Shown: positions 48,628-61,443, counted from the first letter of the whole stretch. The stretch: 63,475 bases of DNA, filler included, from Globobulimina sp. (GCA_003354225.1; 34 parts of 34 records of this genome joined end to end with filler, not necessarily neighbours in it); one strand, 5' to 3'. Program-made: numbers and translations. Notes: generated by a model not told the origin, from the letters alone.

Positions 48628-50396
48628 CATTTTGAATGAGATTGTCAATGCATCGCACAAATATTGGGTCGATTTCACTCTTTATCCATTGTTTAAACTT
48701 AAAGACACATATTCTATTTAATGGAGGCAATGCATCATACCATGCGGCCTTATTTTCTACGCTTACTATATTTTTATATTGGTTGCAAATTACAATAAAT
48801 TTATTTATTTCTGCAATAAAAGCTAAGAAATTTGTATCAATATCCTGTTGTTTTAACTTTTTTAATTTATCATTTATTAAATGGCTAAATTTGGAGATCC
48901 ATTGTAATAAAAATGTTTCCCTATGATTATTGTTATAATTATCGATATTTTCTTTTAAATGTTTATCCAAATCTGAATGCCATCGGATTTGATCATGTAA
49001 AATACACAAAAAATCAACACAAAATGTATTGAAATTGCTGATATCGCTATTTTCAAATACATTGCACATTTGAGACGCTGTAATTAATGTAAAGTCAACT
49101 AATTTATCATCACACATAAACTCAATATTTTTGTGTTTGATTTTGTTAATAAGTGTAAAAAAAATAAAGAATTTTGCAATTGTGTAAGAATTACAATCCT
49201 TATAATCAGATAACCATAAAATTAATTTATTTTCTATTTTATCCCGGACTTTATTAATATAAATATCTTCTTGATATTTGTTAATTTCTTTTCTTTTATT
49301 ATCATTAATGTCATCCAGTAAAATACGAAATGTTTCTTCAATTATTTTCAATAAAATCTTATCTTTTTTGTTGTTACCGGGTTGGAATAATTGCAATGGA
49401 TTAATATCTGTATCTGTATCAGATTCCAATTCGGATTTAATATCAATAATTTTATCAAATATTAACTCTAAAAACGCAAAACAATGAAAATTAACTGAAA
49501 TGTTAAACGTTTTGGTAGATAAAATAAATAATAAATCTGCGATTTGTGTCCAATTGTCATCTAATTCAATTAGTCTGTTTTGTTTTGAATTTGATGATGA
49601 ATCCAAATCGAAATCTAAATCTAAATCTAATGCAGTCAGTTCTTTTTCAATCAGACAATTATTAATTATTTCAATATATATTTTATGATAAATTGCATTG
49701 GAAACACTTACATCATTTTCTATATTTAATGAGGATGCAATTTCTTGTACCATTAGCATTAAATGATTAATTGGAGAGAATAATGATTTGTTATTACTGT
49801 TTGCATTGTTTTGATGCAGTTTTTGTTTGCAAAAATATTCCACCAAATTAAAAGTTTCATGCAACGATTGCATTAAATCTGTGTTATTAAGTTTTGTGCC
49901 GGATACATTCCAAAATTTACGATTTGATTCTAAAATATACCAAACTGTGCAACTTAATATAAATGATAATTGTCGATGTATATAATTAGTATATTCGGAT
50001 ACCATTCCATTAAAATGTATGTCAGGCTTTACATTATTAATTGTAAATATTCTATGACATAAACTATTTAATTGGTATTTATTGTCATTTTCAATGGTTA
50101 AAATTGCAATTAATTCGTTCATTTTTTTTGTAGAAATTTCAAATTGACAACGTATACAATTTATGGCTATATCTAATTTTCCATCCCATTGTTTATCATT
50201 AATTACAAATATTTCGCGTAATATCTGCTCAAATATAACTAAATTCCATTCATATTTATTTAAGTTCCATGTTTTTTTGCCTTTTTCCGAGAATATTAAT
50301 GGAGAAAACCATTCAATCCCATTACAACGCGTTTGATTTAAAATGTTATCGTTTTCAACATCTTCAACATCGATATCGATTCCATTCGTATTTCTC
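48628..50396 (-). CDS. Large alpha-helical hypothetical protein (both ends partial)
   Basis: Over 500-aa uninterrupted ORF in very AT-rich DNA. Confidence 0.6.
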
Positions 50397-50496
50397 NNNN
50401 NNNNNNNNNNNNNNNNNNNNNNNNNNNNNNNNNNNNNNNNTTAATTAATTAANNNNNNNNNNNNNNNNNNNNNNNNNNNNNNNNNNNNNNNNNNNN

Positions 50497-51629
50497 TTTA
50501 CAATCTTTTTTCCTCGCTCATAATCCTTAATTTGTGTACACGTTTTAATGGCAAACATATCAGCTTCAAAATTGTGATAATTACAATTATATTCATCATA
50601 AATATGCAATAATTTATCATAACAACCATTATCAAACAACACTCGCAATATATTATGCAAACATTCATTATCATTCAAATCAGAAACCGCTTCAAATATT
50701 TCTAATGCTCTCGCAATATGACCATAATTACCATATAACGCAATCAATAAACATGAAAATAACACTTTATTTTTCTTATCATTCATTAAATTTAATTCCA
50801 CCAACAATTCAATCTCTTTTCCTTTATTTATATCACCAATTTTATTGCACGCAAACAGTGCATAATAATGATATAATATTTCATTTTTAATGCCAGCAAA
50901 CTCACTCATATTCTCATATATTTTCAGTGTTGAATAAAAATCGGAGTTTCCATTGCATACTTTAAGTATGGTCAGAATACAAATAATATCTTTTTCTGTA
51001 TGTTTGATAGAATTAAATACGGTGATTGCATCGGTAATGTTTGACATTTTCCCGAAATTATAAATTAATGACGTTTTTATAATGGTTTGTGATTTGCACT
51101 GAATAATATTCTCATTAATTAATGAGGAAATATAGCGCAAATAATATACATTGTTGCTACATTGGTGAATCAATTTAGTTATAAATTTTTCATGAATTTG
51201 TAAGGAATATTTATAATGTTTCAACCAAGAAAACACTTGCATACATTTCTCAATTTCATGTGTTTCTATACAACTTTTTATTATTAATGGATATGATAAT
51301 TTGTGTGCTCCTTTATTACACTTTATAAGTTGTACGATATCATCATAAAAAATTAAAAATCTCTGTGCTTCTCCAAAGTTAAAACACAGTTTCAATAATC
51401 CATTCAATAATGAATAATTCTTCTTTGTCTTATGATGACTCTTATCGATATTTTGATAAATTTCTAATGCGTTGTTAATCCGATCGGTCTTTTCTTGTTT
51501 GGATAACAATTTATTATCGTTCCTGTTGTATAAATTATGAATAGTTTTACTTGCATTCGATTCATACATTCGTTTACAATAAACAACCATTTGAAATTCA
51601 TTAAAATTCCGTCTTCCATACAGGATCAT
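50497..51629 (-). CDS. Pentatricopeptide-repeat (PPR) protein (3' partial)
   Basis: TSLIYNFGKMSNITDAITVFNSI and LIALYGNYGHIARALEIFE are PPR-type repeats. Confidence 0.8.
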
Positions 51630-52365
51630 ACCGGGAATATATTAATTATTAAATTCAATTTCCACTAAATTATCCTTGCACGCCACGGACACTTGAATTG
51701 GAACCTATATTTGTGTGAGGTAATTAATAGTATATCCCGTATCAATGCAATGCAAACGTACTACATAAATATTATACTTGTTTCAGTTGATTGTGCAGTT
51801 TTCTGTTTGGTCGGATTTACAACAGTGAATAGTGCCACTCTGCAAAAAGTTAAATTGTCAAGAAGATGGCAATGAAGCTGGTGTTTAACAAAACATTGGT
51901 ATTATGTTGGATGTTATTTACTATCACCTCAGCAATATACAACATGATAAATTATCCACATCAACACAAATCAGGTTGATACTAGCAACCAAGCAATAAA
52001 TTTAATATATACAGTATATTTTGACAAATACGACAAATAAAGGGATACAACTGCATCTATAACATTTTTATCCCTTTATTTATGTAAATTGTCAATGTAT
52101 TAAACAGCACCAATTACGTTTGCGTATACCAGTTTTGGTACAACTAAAGATTATGAAGTGTGCAATATGGTATTTGAACAACTGATCGACAAAAACAAAT
52201 CCGATACGCCCTGCAAACCATTTGCGTCAAATAAAATTAATAAATCATCGGCTAACAAAGAATATNNNNNNNNNNNNNNNNNNNNNNNNNNNNNNNNNNN
52301 NNNNNNNNNTTAATTAATTAANNNNNNNNNNNNNNNNNNNNNNNNNNNNNNNNNNNNNNNNNNNN

Positions 52366-52742
52366 TCACTACTAATTTTATTTAAGCTTTCAGTCTCATT
52401 ATGTTTTGTCATTAAATGGATATAATCCGACAAACACATTAAATATGACTCACTACAAAATTCAATAAATATCGATTCCGAATTAATATTCGCATTATTC
52501 TCTTTCTGTGAAAACAATAATTGGTAATATCGTAAGCCATATGCTATCCGTAATAAATGATCGCAATTTTTGATGATTTCATCTTGGCCCTCACTGCAAT
52601 TACATCGCGTTGTATTTGTTTTAAATATTGTAAAATCGAGCTCCATTTTTTGTTGTTGTTGGTGTGGTAATATTGGTTGTTGCTGTTGCTGATCAGCTAT
52701 TTGCTTTTGGACAGCAGATGCTTTTTTATTTTGATTACCCAT
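52366..52742 (-). CDS. Hypothetical protein N-terminus (3' partial)
   Basis: MGNQ start (possible myristoylation); CDHLLRI..LRYY..FIEFC..Y..LSDYIHL..H motif. Confidence 0.55.
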
Positions 52743-52831
52743 CGTAAATGCAACCAAATGCTAGGGATGTATGTGGTGATTATTGTTGTTTTTTCGTGAG
52801 AGTGAAGTTTTGTTTCGTAAATCAATCAAAG

Positions 52832-54134
52832 ATGAAAGCAAAAGCAAAACCAAAATCACGTATCCGTTCGTCGTCGTCATCCTCTTCAAATGATTCCAAC
52901 TCGAATTCCAAGTCAAACCATTGGAAATTGGATATTTCGGTAATGGGCGCCACACCGAAACAGAGATCTATTTATATCAACACATGGATTGATATTAAAG
53001 CGTCGGCAAAGAAAAAACAAGCGATCCGCACAAGCTATGGGCAATTTTTTCATATTCAACAGAAGTCTCCGTCCATCTCTTTGGATTTATTTGTTCACGA
53101 CATCCAAAATAATACGCAAATCCACACGATATGGGACAAGGTCGTGGTGAATGTGATTGTGCTGCCGTATAACCACCAAAATGATTCTGTGGATAAGCCG
53201 TTGAAGCAATTAATTGGCGATTTGCCGCATACAAACATTCCATTAAAGCAATTATTCAACAAAACCTTATTAATTTGTCCCAGCAATTTCCATTCAATGA
53301 CAAAGCTGGAATACAAGAAACAGACTGAAAAAGGTCTATTTTATATATCCTATCCTCGCACACATTTTATTTTTATTTTCTTTCCTTTTCTTTTGCATAT
53401 TGCCAGTAAGCGAGGGGTTATTCGAATTAATCCACAGCGGATTGGCGCCATTCACAAAGAATTTGAAGTTGCACCGCTCCCAAATTGTGATGATGGAATC
53501 TGGCCGAAAGTCGTCGTTATTGCCAACGGGAAAAGATTGGAGAGTGATTGCCGCAGAGTACACATTAAAATATCTGATATTCAACGACCGAGACCGCAAA
53601 GCATTCATTGCGTGGATCCTAAATATGCCAAAACCATTAACCGCACAAAACATTATGTTCATATCGCAGCGGTTGAAAAGTTTGAAAGCAGCGCCGTCGC
53701 AAAAAACATATGCCGCAAAAAGGCGCAGTGGCAAAAAGAAAAAATATTTAAATGTGCAGCCAATAAGAAAACAATTTGCATCGCATTCGGTTGGATCGCA
53801 CCAAGAATTTCAGCGAAATATTACGGCGAAAAAAGCGCAGAAACAAAGGAGCATTTTATCAAAAATTGTGAGAGATTTTGAAGAGGATTCGGATGGAATC
53901 GAAGCGACATTAAACAGCAAATACAAACAACTGCAAAAAGAGAAAAAAGAGAGAAAAGAGAATTTATCTAAAAATAATAAGCGCGAAGAAGACGAGAAAA
54001 TGGACCCAAACTTAGCTGCTTTGATGGCAATGACCGACGACGAGGACCAAGAGGACGAGAACCAAATTGTTAACGAACAGGAAAGGAAAAGGAAAAAAAA
54101 AGAGGAAGAGGAAGAGGAAGAGCCAGAAAGTGAA
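52832..54134 (+). CDS. Hypothetical K/E-rich protein (intron 53334-53406, 3' partial)
   Basis: Removing the 73-nt GT..CAG intron joins frame 52748 to frame 53400 (..TEK|VSEGLFEL..). Confidence 0.6.
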
Positions 54135-54545
54135 NNNNNNNNNNNNNNNNNNNNNNNNNNNNNNNNNNNNNNNNNNNNTTAATTAATTAANNNNNNNNNN
54201 NNNNNNNNNNNNNNNNNNNNNNNNNNNNNNNNNNAATTACATTAAATCGTATTCAAATTTGAGATGACGGTCAGGTTTATTTTTTTTTCGTTGAATGACG
54301 GTGAGGTTTATTTAATTTCAATAATTTAATATTGATTTGATTTGATTTAATTTGATTTAATATTGATTTAATATGATTCAATAATATTTTAAATAATTTA
54401 ATATTGATTTAAAATAATTTATTAATAATTTAATACTGATTTAATTTGATTTAATAAGAAACATGGATGACGGTCATTTAACGAAAAAAATCGTTGAATG
54501 ACGATAATTGTTATATGTACAAAAATCACGTAGACCTTATGGCAT

Positions 54546-55757
54546 CACAAGGATCTATTTTTTCATTCTTGTTCATAGAATTGTGATTTATGACGTGGCT
54601 GTAATTCCTTCATTTTTGGAGATATTGAAAAATAAAAAGTGGCATGTCACCTTTTTTTTTTGTGTTATTTAATTATATTCAATTTTCAAATCGATAGCAT
54701 CAATATTGCAAAAGTTACCATGCACTGACATGCATGGACTTGACTTCAGTAATTGCTTAAGTGGAGATTATCTTAAAAAATGAACATTTGGAAACCAACT
54801 AAAGTTTCCTGCGTTGTGACAGGACGTATAAGATTGAAATTCAATCAAACACTGTCATTAGGATGGTATAACGACAGAACTAGCACTGATTGGGGTAAAA
54901 CATATTACGAATTAAAATGTTTAATAAATACAAATTTAAGTACTGAGGAAATAAAAATATTACAAGATACATATCAAATTTGCTCTTTACAATAAAAATA
55001 TTACAAGAAATAAAAATATCTATTTGCTCTTTATATGCTTCACATAAATAAATACGGCCATCATCCGTTGGTATCCAATCAATACGATATAATCCACGAT
55101 CATATTCAATAAAATCACCCATAGCATACGGGATATCGCACACAGGGTATAAATATCCATTATCTCTAATAAATTTGATTAATGCACGCCATTTATGCAT
55201 GCTATAAATTAAGCAATTATGTACAGCAATAACAGTGTTGTTCTTCATAAACGGCAACAATGGTTCTTCATAGATATTGCCAGCATGGACACCATCGATG
55301 CGTCAAACAATACATCTAAATAAAATATTCCGTTGTGAATGCTGGGTCCTTCTTCGATTGGGATTTGAATTTCTTTTACTAATAACCTGCGATCCGATCG
55401 ACTTCTTGTTGTGTTATATTTAAATTTCGAGACTGGTAATGTGTTGGTTGATAACTTGCTAAGCGTTACCCCTTTAGCTGGGAGTGCCATGTTTTTAATT
55501 AAATTGCTAAAGGAAAAAATGCTGGAAAAACAACAAAGTGCTACCAAGTCAATGCAAGTCAGTGCACTAGAAAATGATCATGACTTCTAGAACGTTCTAA
55601 GCTGTTTCAGAAAGCACTAATCGCACACAAATAGTCCAAATACCAATATGTCATTCCACTGCAATTTTTAATATGATAGCGTAAATATTGCGGAAGCCGA
55701 AATCAGATGGAAAAAATCACAATTCTATGAACAAGAATGAAAAAATAGATCCTTGTG
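54546..55757. mobile_element. Non-autonomous TIR DNA element with perfect 44-bp TIRs and target-site duplication
   Basis: CACAAGGATCTATTTTTTCATTCTTGTTCATAGAATTGTGATTT at 54546-54589 and its exact reverse complement at 55714-55757; GGCATC at 54541-54546 and 55757-55762. Confidence 0.9.
54880..55490 (-). pseudogene. Frameshifted methyltransferase (Methyltransf_24-like) fragment inside the TIR element
   Basis: Across a frameshift near 55300: ..IEEGPS..LDVLF/RIDGVH..LLPFMKNNTVIAVHNC. Confidence 0.45.
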
Positions 55758-56220
55758 GCATCATTTAAATCACTCGGTTCATTTTATTATTGTATAATCA
55801 CATTTTATTATATGTATTTTTGTTTGTGTTTCTGTTGTATGTGTTTGTATACTCCATATTTTTATATATAAAAAAAACATATTCATTTTTCATAAAATAC
55901 TAATCAAACAGTCATATAACATACAAGGATATATATATTATGCTGTGTTATGGAATTCCCATGCTTTTTATGGGTATTTATGGGTGTTTATGAGTATAAT
56001 AATNNNNNNNNNNNNNNNNNNNNNNNNNNNNNNNNNNNNNNNNNNNNTTAATTAATTAANNNNNNNNNNNNNNNNNNNNNNNNNNNNNNNNNNNNNNNNN
56101 NNNCCATTTCGTAAATATATGATTAGATAATATATAATATTAGTACTAATATGCGTACCTCTTGTCGGGAACACTACTTTATACGGACATATCACCGTAT
56201 GATAAAATAGCCATTCTCTT

Positions 56221-57499
56221 CTAACTTGCGCCAATTTGCTTAGTTGATTCCCAATTTGCTGCGCCTTGTAATGCCATTGCCATCGCATCATATTCTTTCT
56301 CTTGAAACGACTTTTGAATCGCTAATAATTTGCCATATAATAAATGGCCCACAACGCCCCGCTTCTCCACCAATAATATTACATGCATCACTGGCACCAA
56401 TTGGTGATACAGGAATGCAAATTGCATCTCCAATTCCAATATCTGCAATTCATCCAATTGGCTGAATACCTGCTCGTCATCAAAATACGCTAGGCACCAC
56501 GCCCTAAAATTCCTTAGATTTTTGTGCCAATAATAAGCACAAAAAATGATCGATTTCCATTTGTTTTTTATGCGACGCGGCGGATGCGCTGTTAAACACG
56601 TCGCACGAACTAAATATAGACTCGCCACATCATCATCGTCGTCATCCTTTTCATCGACGTTATCATCACCGCAAAATACAAATCTCTCCACCACTTCCCG
56701 CCGCTGCGTCAAACTGTACAGAAATAAACACGCGGCACCGTAAAAAATACCTAATTTAAATGTCTCGCGGCTCCGATTAATCACCGTCGATGCGCATGCA
56801 GAATTCGATGATGATGTAATCGCAAATTCGCAATCTAATCCAATCGGCTTCATCTTGCCGTTAAACGATAGCAACGGGCAATACATCCCGTATTTCATTT
56901 CATCGCTCCCTTCGTCTAACTGGATGGTATATGGCCGCCTGCCATATCTCGCCACCTTCTCCGCCAACCATTTATCCATTTGACTGTCACATTTGCCAAT
57001 GACGTTGCTGAATCTTTGCCGGTCGTTGGGGACCTTCTGCATATAACGGATCCCGCCACATACTCCACCTATAAATATTTTGTTGAATCTCGCGGCTGCA
57101 TTGCCGCTTAAATTACATAGAAATGAGGTGAACATAAAGCCAATAAATCGCCTTTGCTGCATCTCACCAATCGAAATAAAACCAGTTAATCGTTGTTGCG
57201 TTGTCTTCTTCTTACTTTTCTTCCACGTCTCTACTGCCGCCACATGCTTCTTTCGCTGCAAATGTTTCTGCAAATCGCCAACGCAGACACACATAATGAA
57301 CGTATTGCACGCTTTGCAATGTATATTTGCGGATGGATCTAATTTGATAATTTGTAATGAATGATCGCTATATCGCGTCTTCTTTCGGCCGATGGAATGC
57401 CACGCCATTTGGTATCGACTGCTTCGTTGGATCTTTGGCCTTTTTTTTAGGCTTCGATCGCTTGTTAATCCCGTTGGACTGTGACTGTGACTGTGCCAT
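56221..57499 (-). mobile_element. Degenerate hAT-like (CGGBP/DUF4371-type) transposase gene
   Basis: C2H2 finger HCKAC..DLQKHLQRKKH, QQRL motif, YTIQLDEGSD (first catalytic D) and a CxxH-like CLTAH. Upstream ATG at 57499 is out of frame and the C-terminus is missing. Confidence 0.7.
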
Positions 57500-57971
57500 G
57501 GTTGAGATGGGAATGAGATAGGGGTTGAGTTAAAGTTGAGTTGATGAAAAGTAAATTAATTTAAAAAATCATGGCAATTTTACAAATTTTGACAAAATCA
57601 TTAAAAAAATCATTTTTGTAAATTGCCAATATTGCCAAAAATCATTAATGATATCATTTTTAATGATTTCACCATGATATCATTTACGGCTTGCTTCGAA
57701 CCAATCCCGTACAACGACCCAAAATCCAAAAATCCAAATCCAAGAAAAAGGCTGAGGGAATTATAACATTTCTGCCACAACGACTGGACTCGCTTCGCTC
57801 GCCAGCCGTTGTGGGTCTTTCCCCTCCCACTACGCCATGGTCCCAACTATTAAATTAGTAAAACAACCAATNNNNNNNNNNNNNNNNNNNNNNNNNNNNN
57901 NNNNNNNNNNNNNNNTTAATTAATTAANNNNNNNNNNNNNNNNNNNNNNNNNNNNNNNNNNNNNNNNNNNN

Positions 57972-58407
57972 CTTTTTTGACGAAGACAAATGATTTGCTG
58001 GCTTTGTTGAAATAATCACTGATGGAACCTAAGGGGATAAAGTCGTACAATGAGGCACTGTGGTTGCCCAATAAGATGGTGTTTAAATTGTGTACACCGC
58101 TTAAATCGTCCTCGGTGGATAATACATATCGTAAATTGGTCCAGAATTCAAAAAGAAACCATTCGACTTCGCCGAATGATTTGAATAATTCTTGCAATAT
58201 GTAAATACGAAGCGGTGCGGATATTATGTAACGTAGTGCAAATTTAATGAGTGCTCCGATAAATGTGCAAATTAATGACGTGGCAAAAAAGATTGGTAGT
58301 AAAACGAACGTTTGTAAGATGAAACGTGTTGGTGTTGGCAATATTTTGTACGATAGCAATAAAACCGATGGTAGTGTCAGTACAGTTACTAAAGATGATG
58401 CTGACAT
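57972..58407 (-). CDS. Lysophospholipid acyltransferase (PlsC family) N-terminus (3' partial)
   Basis: TM helices, then ILLGNHSASLYDF (NH-x4/5-D) and FVFVKK. Confidence 0.7.
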
Positions 58408-58765
58408 TTCTAACAAAAAAAAACTGTAACTTCAGTGATATTATTAGTTAATTATGAAATATTATTATACAAAAGACAAAAAGTTAATTTATTACCTATA
58501 ATTTTTGCAGCCTTGCCAGAGAGTGCAGAAACATAGTCAGACTACAGAGGTGAATAAAATATTAATTACTAAGGACACGCATGCAAAGAATTTACACGAA
58601 AATTGGTAAACTCTGAGCATATCACACGGAGACATGTAAACATATACAAACTCGAAAGCACATAAAAAACAGACACCGTACAAACTTCTGACAGTTCACA
58701 CGTATACAGACAAATCAGTTTAAGATTGTGATGAAGTCTAAATACTAAATAAATATAGGAACTTA

Positions 58766-59739
58766 CTATTTTAATATGTAACTAAATGGCTGTGTGGTTT
58801 CAGCAAATTTGTTGATAATTTGCATTTTATATTTTCTAAAATATTTGACAAACCATTTATGTCTCAAAATATCCATTCCTTTTATTCGTTGTGCTTCATT
58901 AATATTTAATAAACTGTTTAACAATGAAAAGGAATCTGTTCTAAAATATTTCGTCTTATTATTTATTATTAGATATTCCTTCAATTTCCCAACATGGATT
59001 GCTTGATATCCGCTATTTGGTTGATATATTTCCATCGGCTCATACAAACGCTCTCCGATCATCATACATTCTGCCAATATGATTCCCAAAGACCAATTGT
59101 CAGCACATCGAGCATCATAAATATCTCCATTGAACACTTTCGGTGCAAACCACCCTTCATTTTCTAAACTTAAACCTTGTTTTGAGCACAAAAAACAGTT
59201 AAAATCAGGATTAAACATTTCGGAGACCCCCAAATCGCATAACTTTATGGAGATGTCTTGATTAATTGATATTGCACCATCCACAGCTTCGGTAAAACCT
59301 GCATTGACTATCATGATATTCTCTGTACAAAGATCAAGATGACAACCTGTATACATTTATTACAGAAACAAAAAACATTTGTTTGCGATTATTAAATCGC
59401 CAGATGTTGACATATCAGATTCAGCGGTACGTTCAAACAGAGTTACATAGGCATACAATGCATTGAATTATGAAGCCATTGAACTGTCGCAAATAACTGA
59501 AATAATGCGCATTTCACAACGCGTTGATACTGCTTCAATGATAATAGACCATTATTGATATATTGACGAGATTTGAATATAAATTGCTTTAAATTCATTT
59601 GAGATGAAATCACTTGGATCTTGTTTTGAATTTTGTACAGTAATATTGTGAAATTTGACCAAATTATCAGCTATACCATAACTGTGCGCTATCAACTTTA
59701 TATTTGGTACATGATCTAATAATATCATCTACTATTACT
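58766..59739 (-). CDS. Ser/Thr protein kinase (5' partial, intron about 59349-59495)
   Basis: HLDLCTEN catalytic loop, IKLCDLGVSE, APK..DNWSLG and R....IL.H.W. Confidence 0.85.
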
Positions 59740-59843
59740 NNNNNNNNNNNNNNNNNNNNNNNNNNNNNNNNNNNNNNNNNNNNTTAATTAATTAANNNNN
59801 NNNNNNNNNNNNNNNNNNNNNNNNNNNNNNNNNNNNNNNAACG

Positions 59844-59935
59844 CTTTGCAAATCCAGAAACAGTTTGCTATAGATTTGTCTTGGATTTGTTCTGTGTTTG
59901 GGTTTGCAAATCCAGAACAAAGTCAGAACAAATTT
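59844..59935. repeat. Short direct/inverted repeat cluster upstream of SPS2
   Basis: TTTGCAAATCCAGAA occurs twice, with the inverted TGGATTTG and TTTGTTCTG/CAGAACAAA units. Confidence 0.5.
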
Positions 59936-60015
59936 ATAATTGAATTAAATGTATACAACTTATCGACCAGGGGGGGGGTTATCTTTTGGAATATATCGTT
60001 TAAAGCTTTATCAAA

Positions 60016-61285
60016 ATGTCTTCTATCCCGCTAGCCAAGCTTTCATTGTCTGGATGTGCGACATTACCACAATTCAAACCAAGCGATCTTGGTCTACCCG
60101 AAGACTTTGTGTTGACAACATTTGCAAAATTAAAAGGATGAGGATGTAAGATACCTCAAGCAAAACTATTGGATTTGCTTGAAGGTATTGGATGTGATGC
60201 CATTGGAATGGATTGTTCCATCGTAGAATCACAAAAATACAAAGATTTTTTTATTGTGTCAACAACAGATTTCTTTTATCCATTAGTCGAAGATCCATAC
60301 TTACAGGGCAGAGTTGGCTGTGCTAACGTTAGGTCACATCCATTTTAATCGCAATCACCATATAAATATATAAGTCATGCTTTAGGTACTAAGTGATATG
60401 TATGCTTTGGGTGTGGTTAATATCGATAACGTCTTAATGATATTAGCCGCTTCACTTGAAATGGAGGAGAAATCAAGAAATATTGTGACGCGTCAAATGA
60501 TGAAAGGCTTTAATGATTGTTGTTTATTAGCAGACACAAACGTTACTGGTGGCCAATCTGTGTTGAATCCATGGCCAATTATCGGTGGTGTCGCTAAATC
60601 AATGTGTACGCGGAATGATTTTATTGAGCCATATAACGGTGAAATTGGTGATGTATTGGTCCTGACCAAGCCGTTGGGGACACAGATTGCTGTAAACGTA
60701 CATGAATGGCGAGTCTGTGCAGATAGAAAATATAATCTATTAAAACATAAGAATATAATGAACGACGCAGTTGAATCGTTGTCATTTAACATCGCGAGTG
60801 GAAGCATGATACGGTTGAATAAGACCGCAGCAATGTTAATGCATAAATATGGGGCTCACGGAGCTACGGATATTACTGGCTTTGGGCCAAAAGGACATAT
60901 TCAGAATTTAGCATTGAATCAAAGCAAAATGATAGCAGATGGGGTGCAATTTGAATTTTATATTCATACATTACCGGTTATTTATGGGATGACAAAAGTT
61001 GCTATGTTTTTAAAGGAAAATGGGATTATGGATTTTAAATTAATCGATGGATATTCTGCTGAAACGAGTGGTGGTTTATTTATTATGTTACCCAAGGAAA
61101 ATGCTGATAGATTTATTGCAGAAATACAGGAAATTGATGGATGGCCGGCTTATAAAATTAGGGAAATTCGGAAAAAAATTGCTTATGATTATAGTCAACA
61201 AAATGAATTGGTTTGCTTTGAAAATGAAAAAAATATGAAAATCATTCAAGTTGGAAAAGATATCACTTTGAAATCAAATTTGTAA
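60016..61285 (+). CDS. SPS2: Selenophosphate synthetase 2 (selenoprotein; Sec UGA at 60139-60141; intron 60328-60385)
   Basis: ..LTTFAKLKG-UGA-GCKIPQ.., IGMDCS, STTDFFYPLVEDPY..GRVGCAN|VLSDMYA, GGQSVLNPW, LTKPLGTQ, ATDITGFG and SAETSGGL. Confidence 0.95.
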
Positions 61286-61291
61286 AAAATA

Positions 61292-61443
61292 AAACAATGC
61301 ACGGAGAAATACATGCAAGTAATTAGTTCATGGGATAAAAATATAATGTGATGAACATAGCAATGCTGTGTTTTGAATAACAATCCAAATTTCAATATTA
61401 TTCTACTGATCAAATTATTTGCTTCTTTCCTTGCGTAATGTTT
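61292..61443 (+). promoter_or_regulatory. Long 3'-UTR hairpin with candidate SECIS core
   Basis: GTGAT(61348)-GAACATAGC-AAT-GCTGTGTTT-TGAA(61377), enclosed by long pairings GCAAGTAATT/AATTATTTGC and TGGGATA/TATTCTA. Confidence 0.45.

Noticed and set aside
52034-52082. 13-bp inverted repeat AAATAAAGGGATA/TATCCCTTTATTT
   Set aside because: AT-rich and isolated; a bacterial-style terminator is not meaningful in this eukaryotic context.
53407-53881. Long overlapping ORFs in two + frames suggesting dual coding or programmed frameshift
   Set aside because: A canonical 73-nt intron (53334-53406) explains the frame switch; the remainder of ORF 52748-53881 is a shadow frame.
12671-60141. Possible stop-codon reassignment (in-frame TAA or TGA)
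   Set aside because: Conserved genes end normally at TAA, TAG or TGA; the only conserved in-frame stop is the Sec codon of SPS2, and the others lie in decayed fragments.
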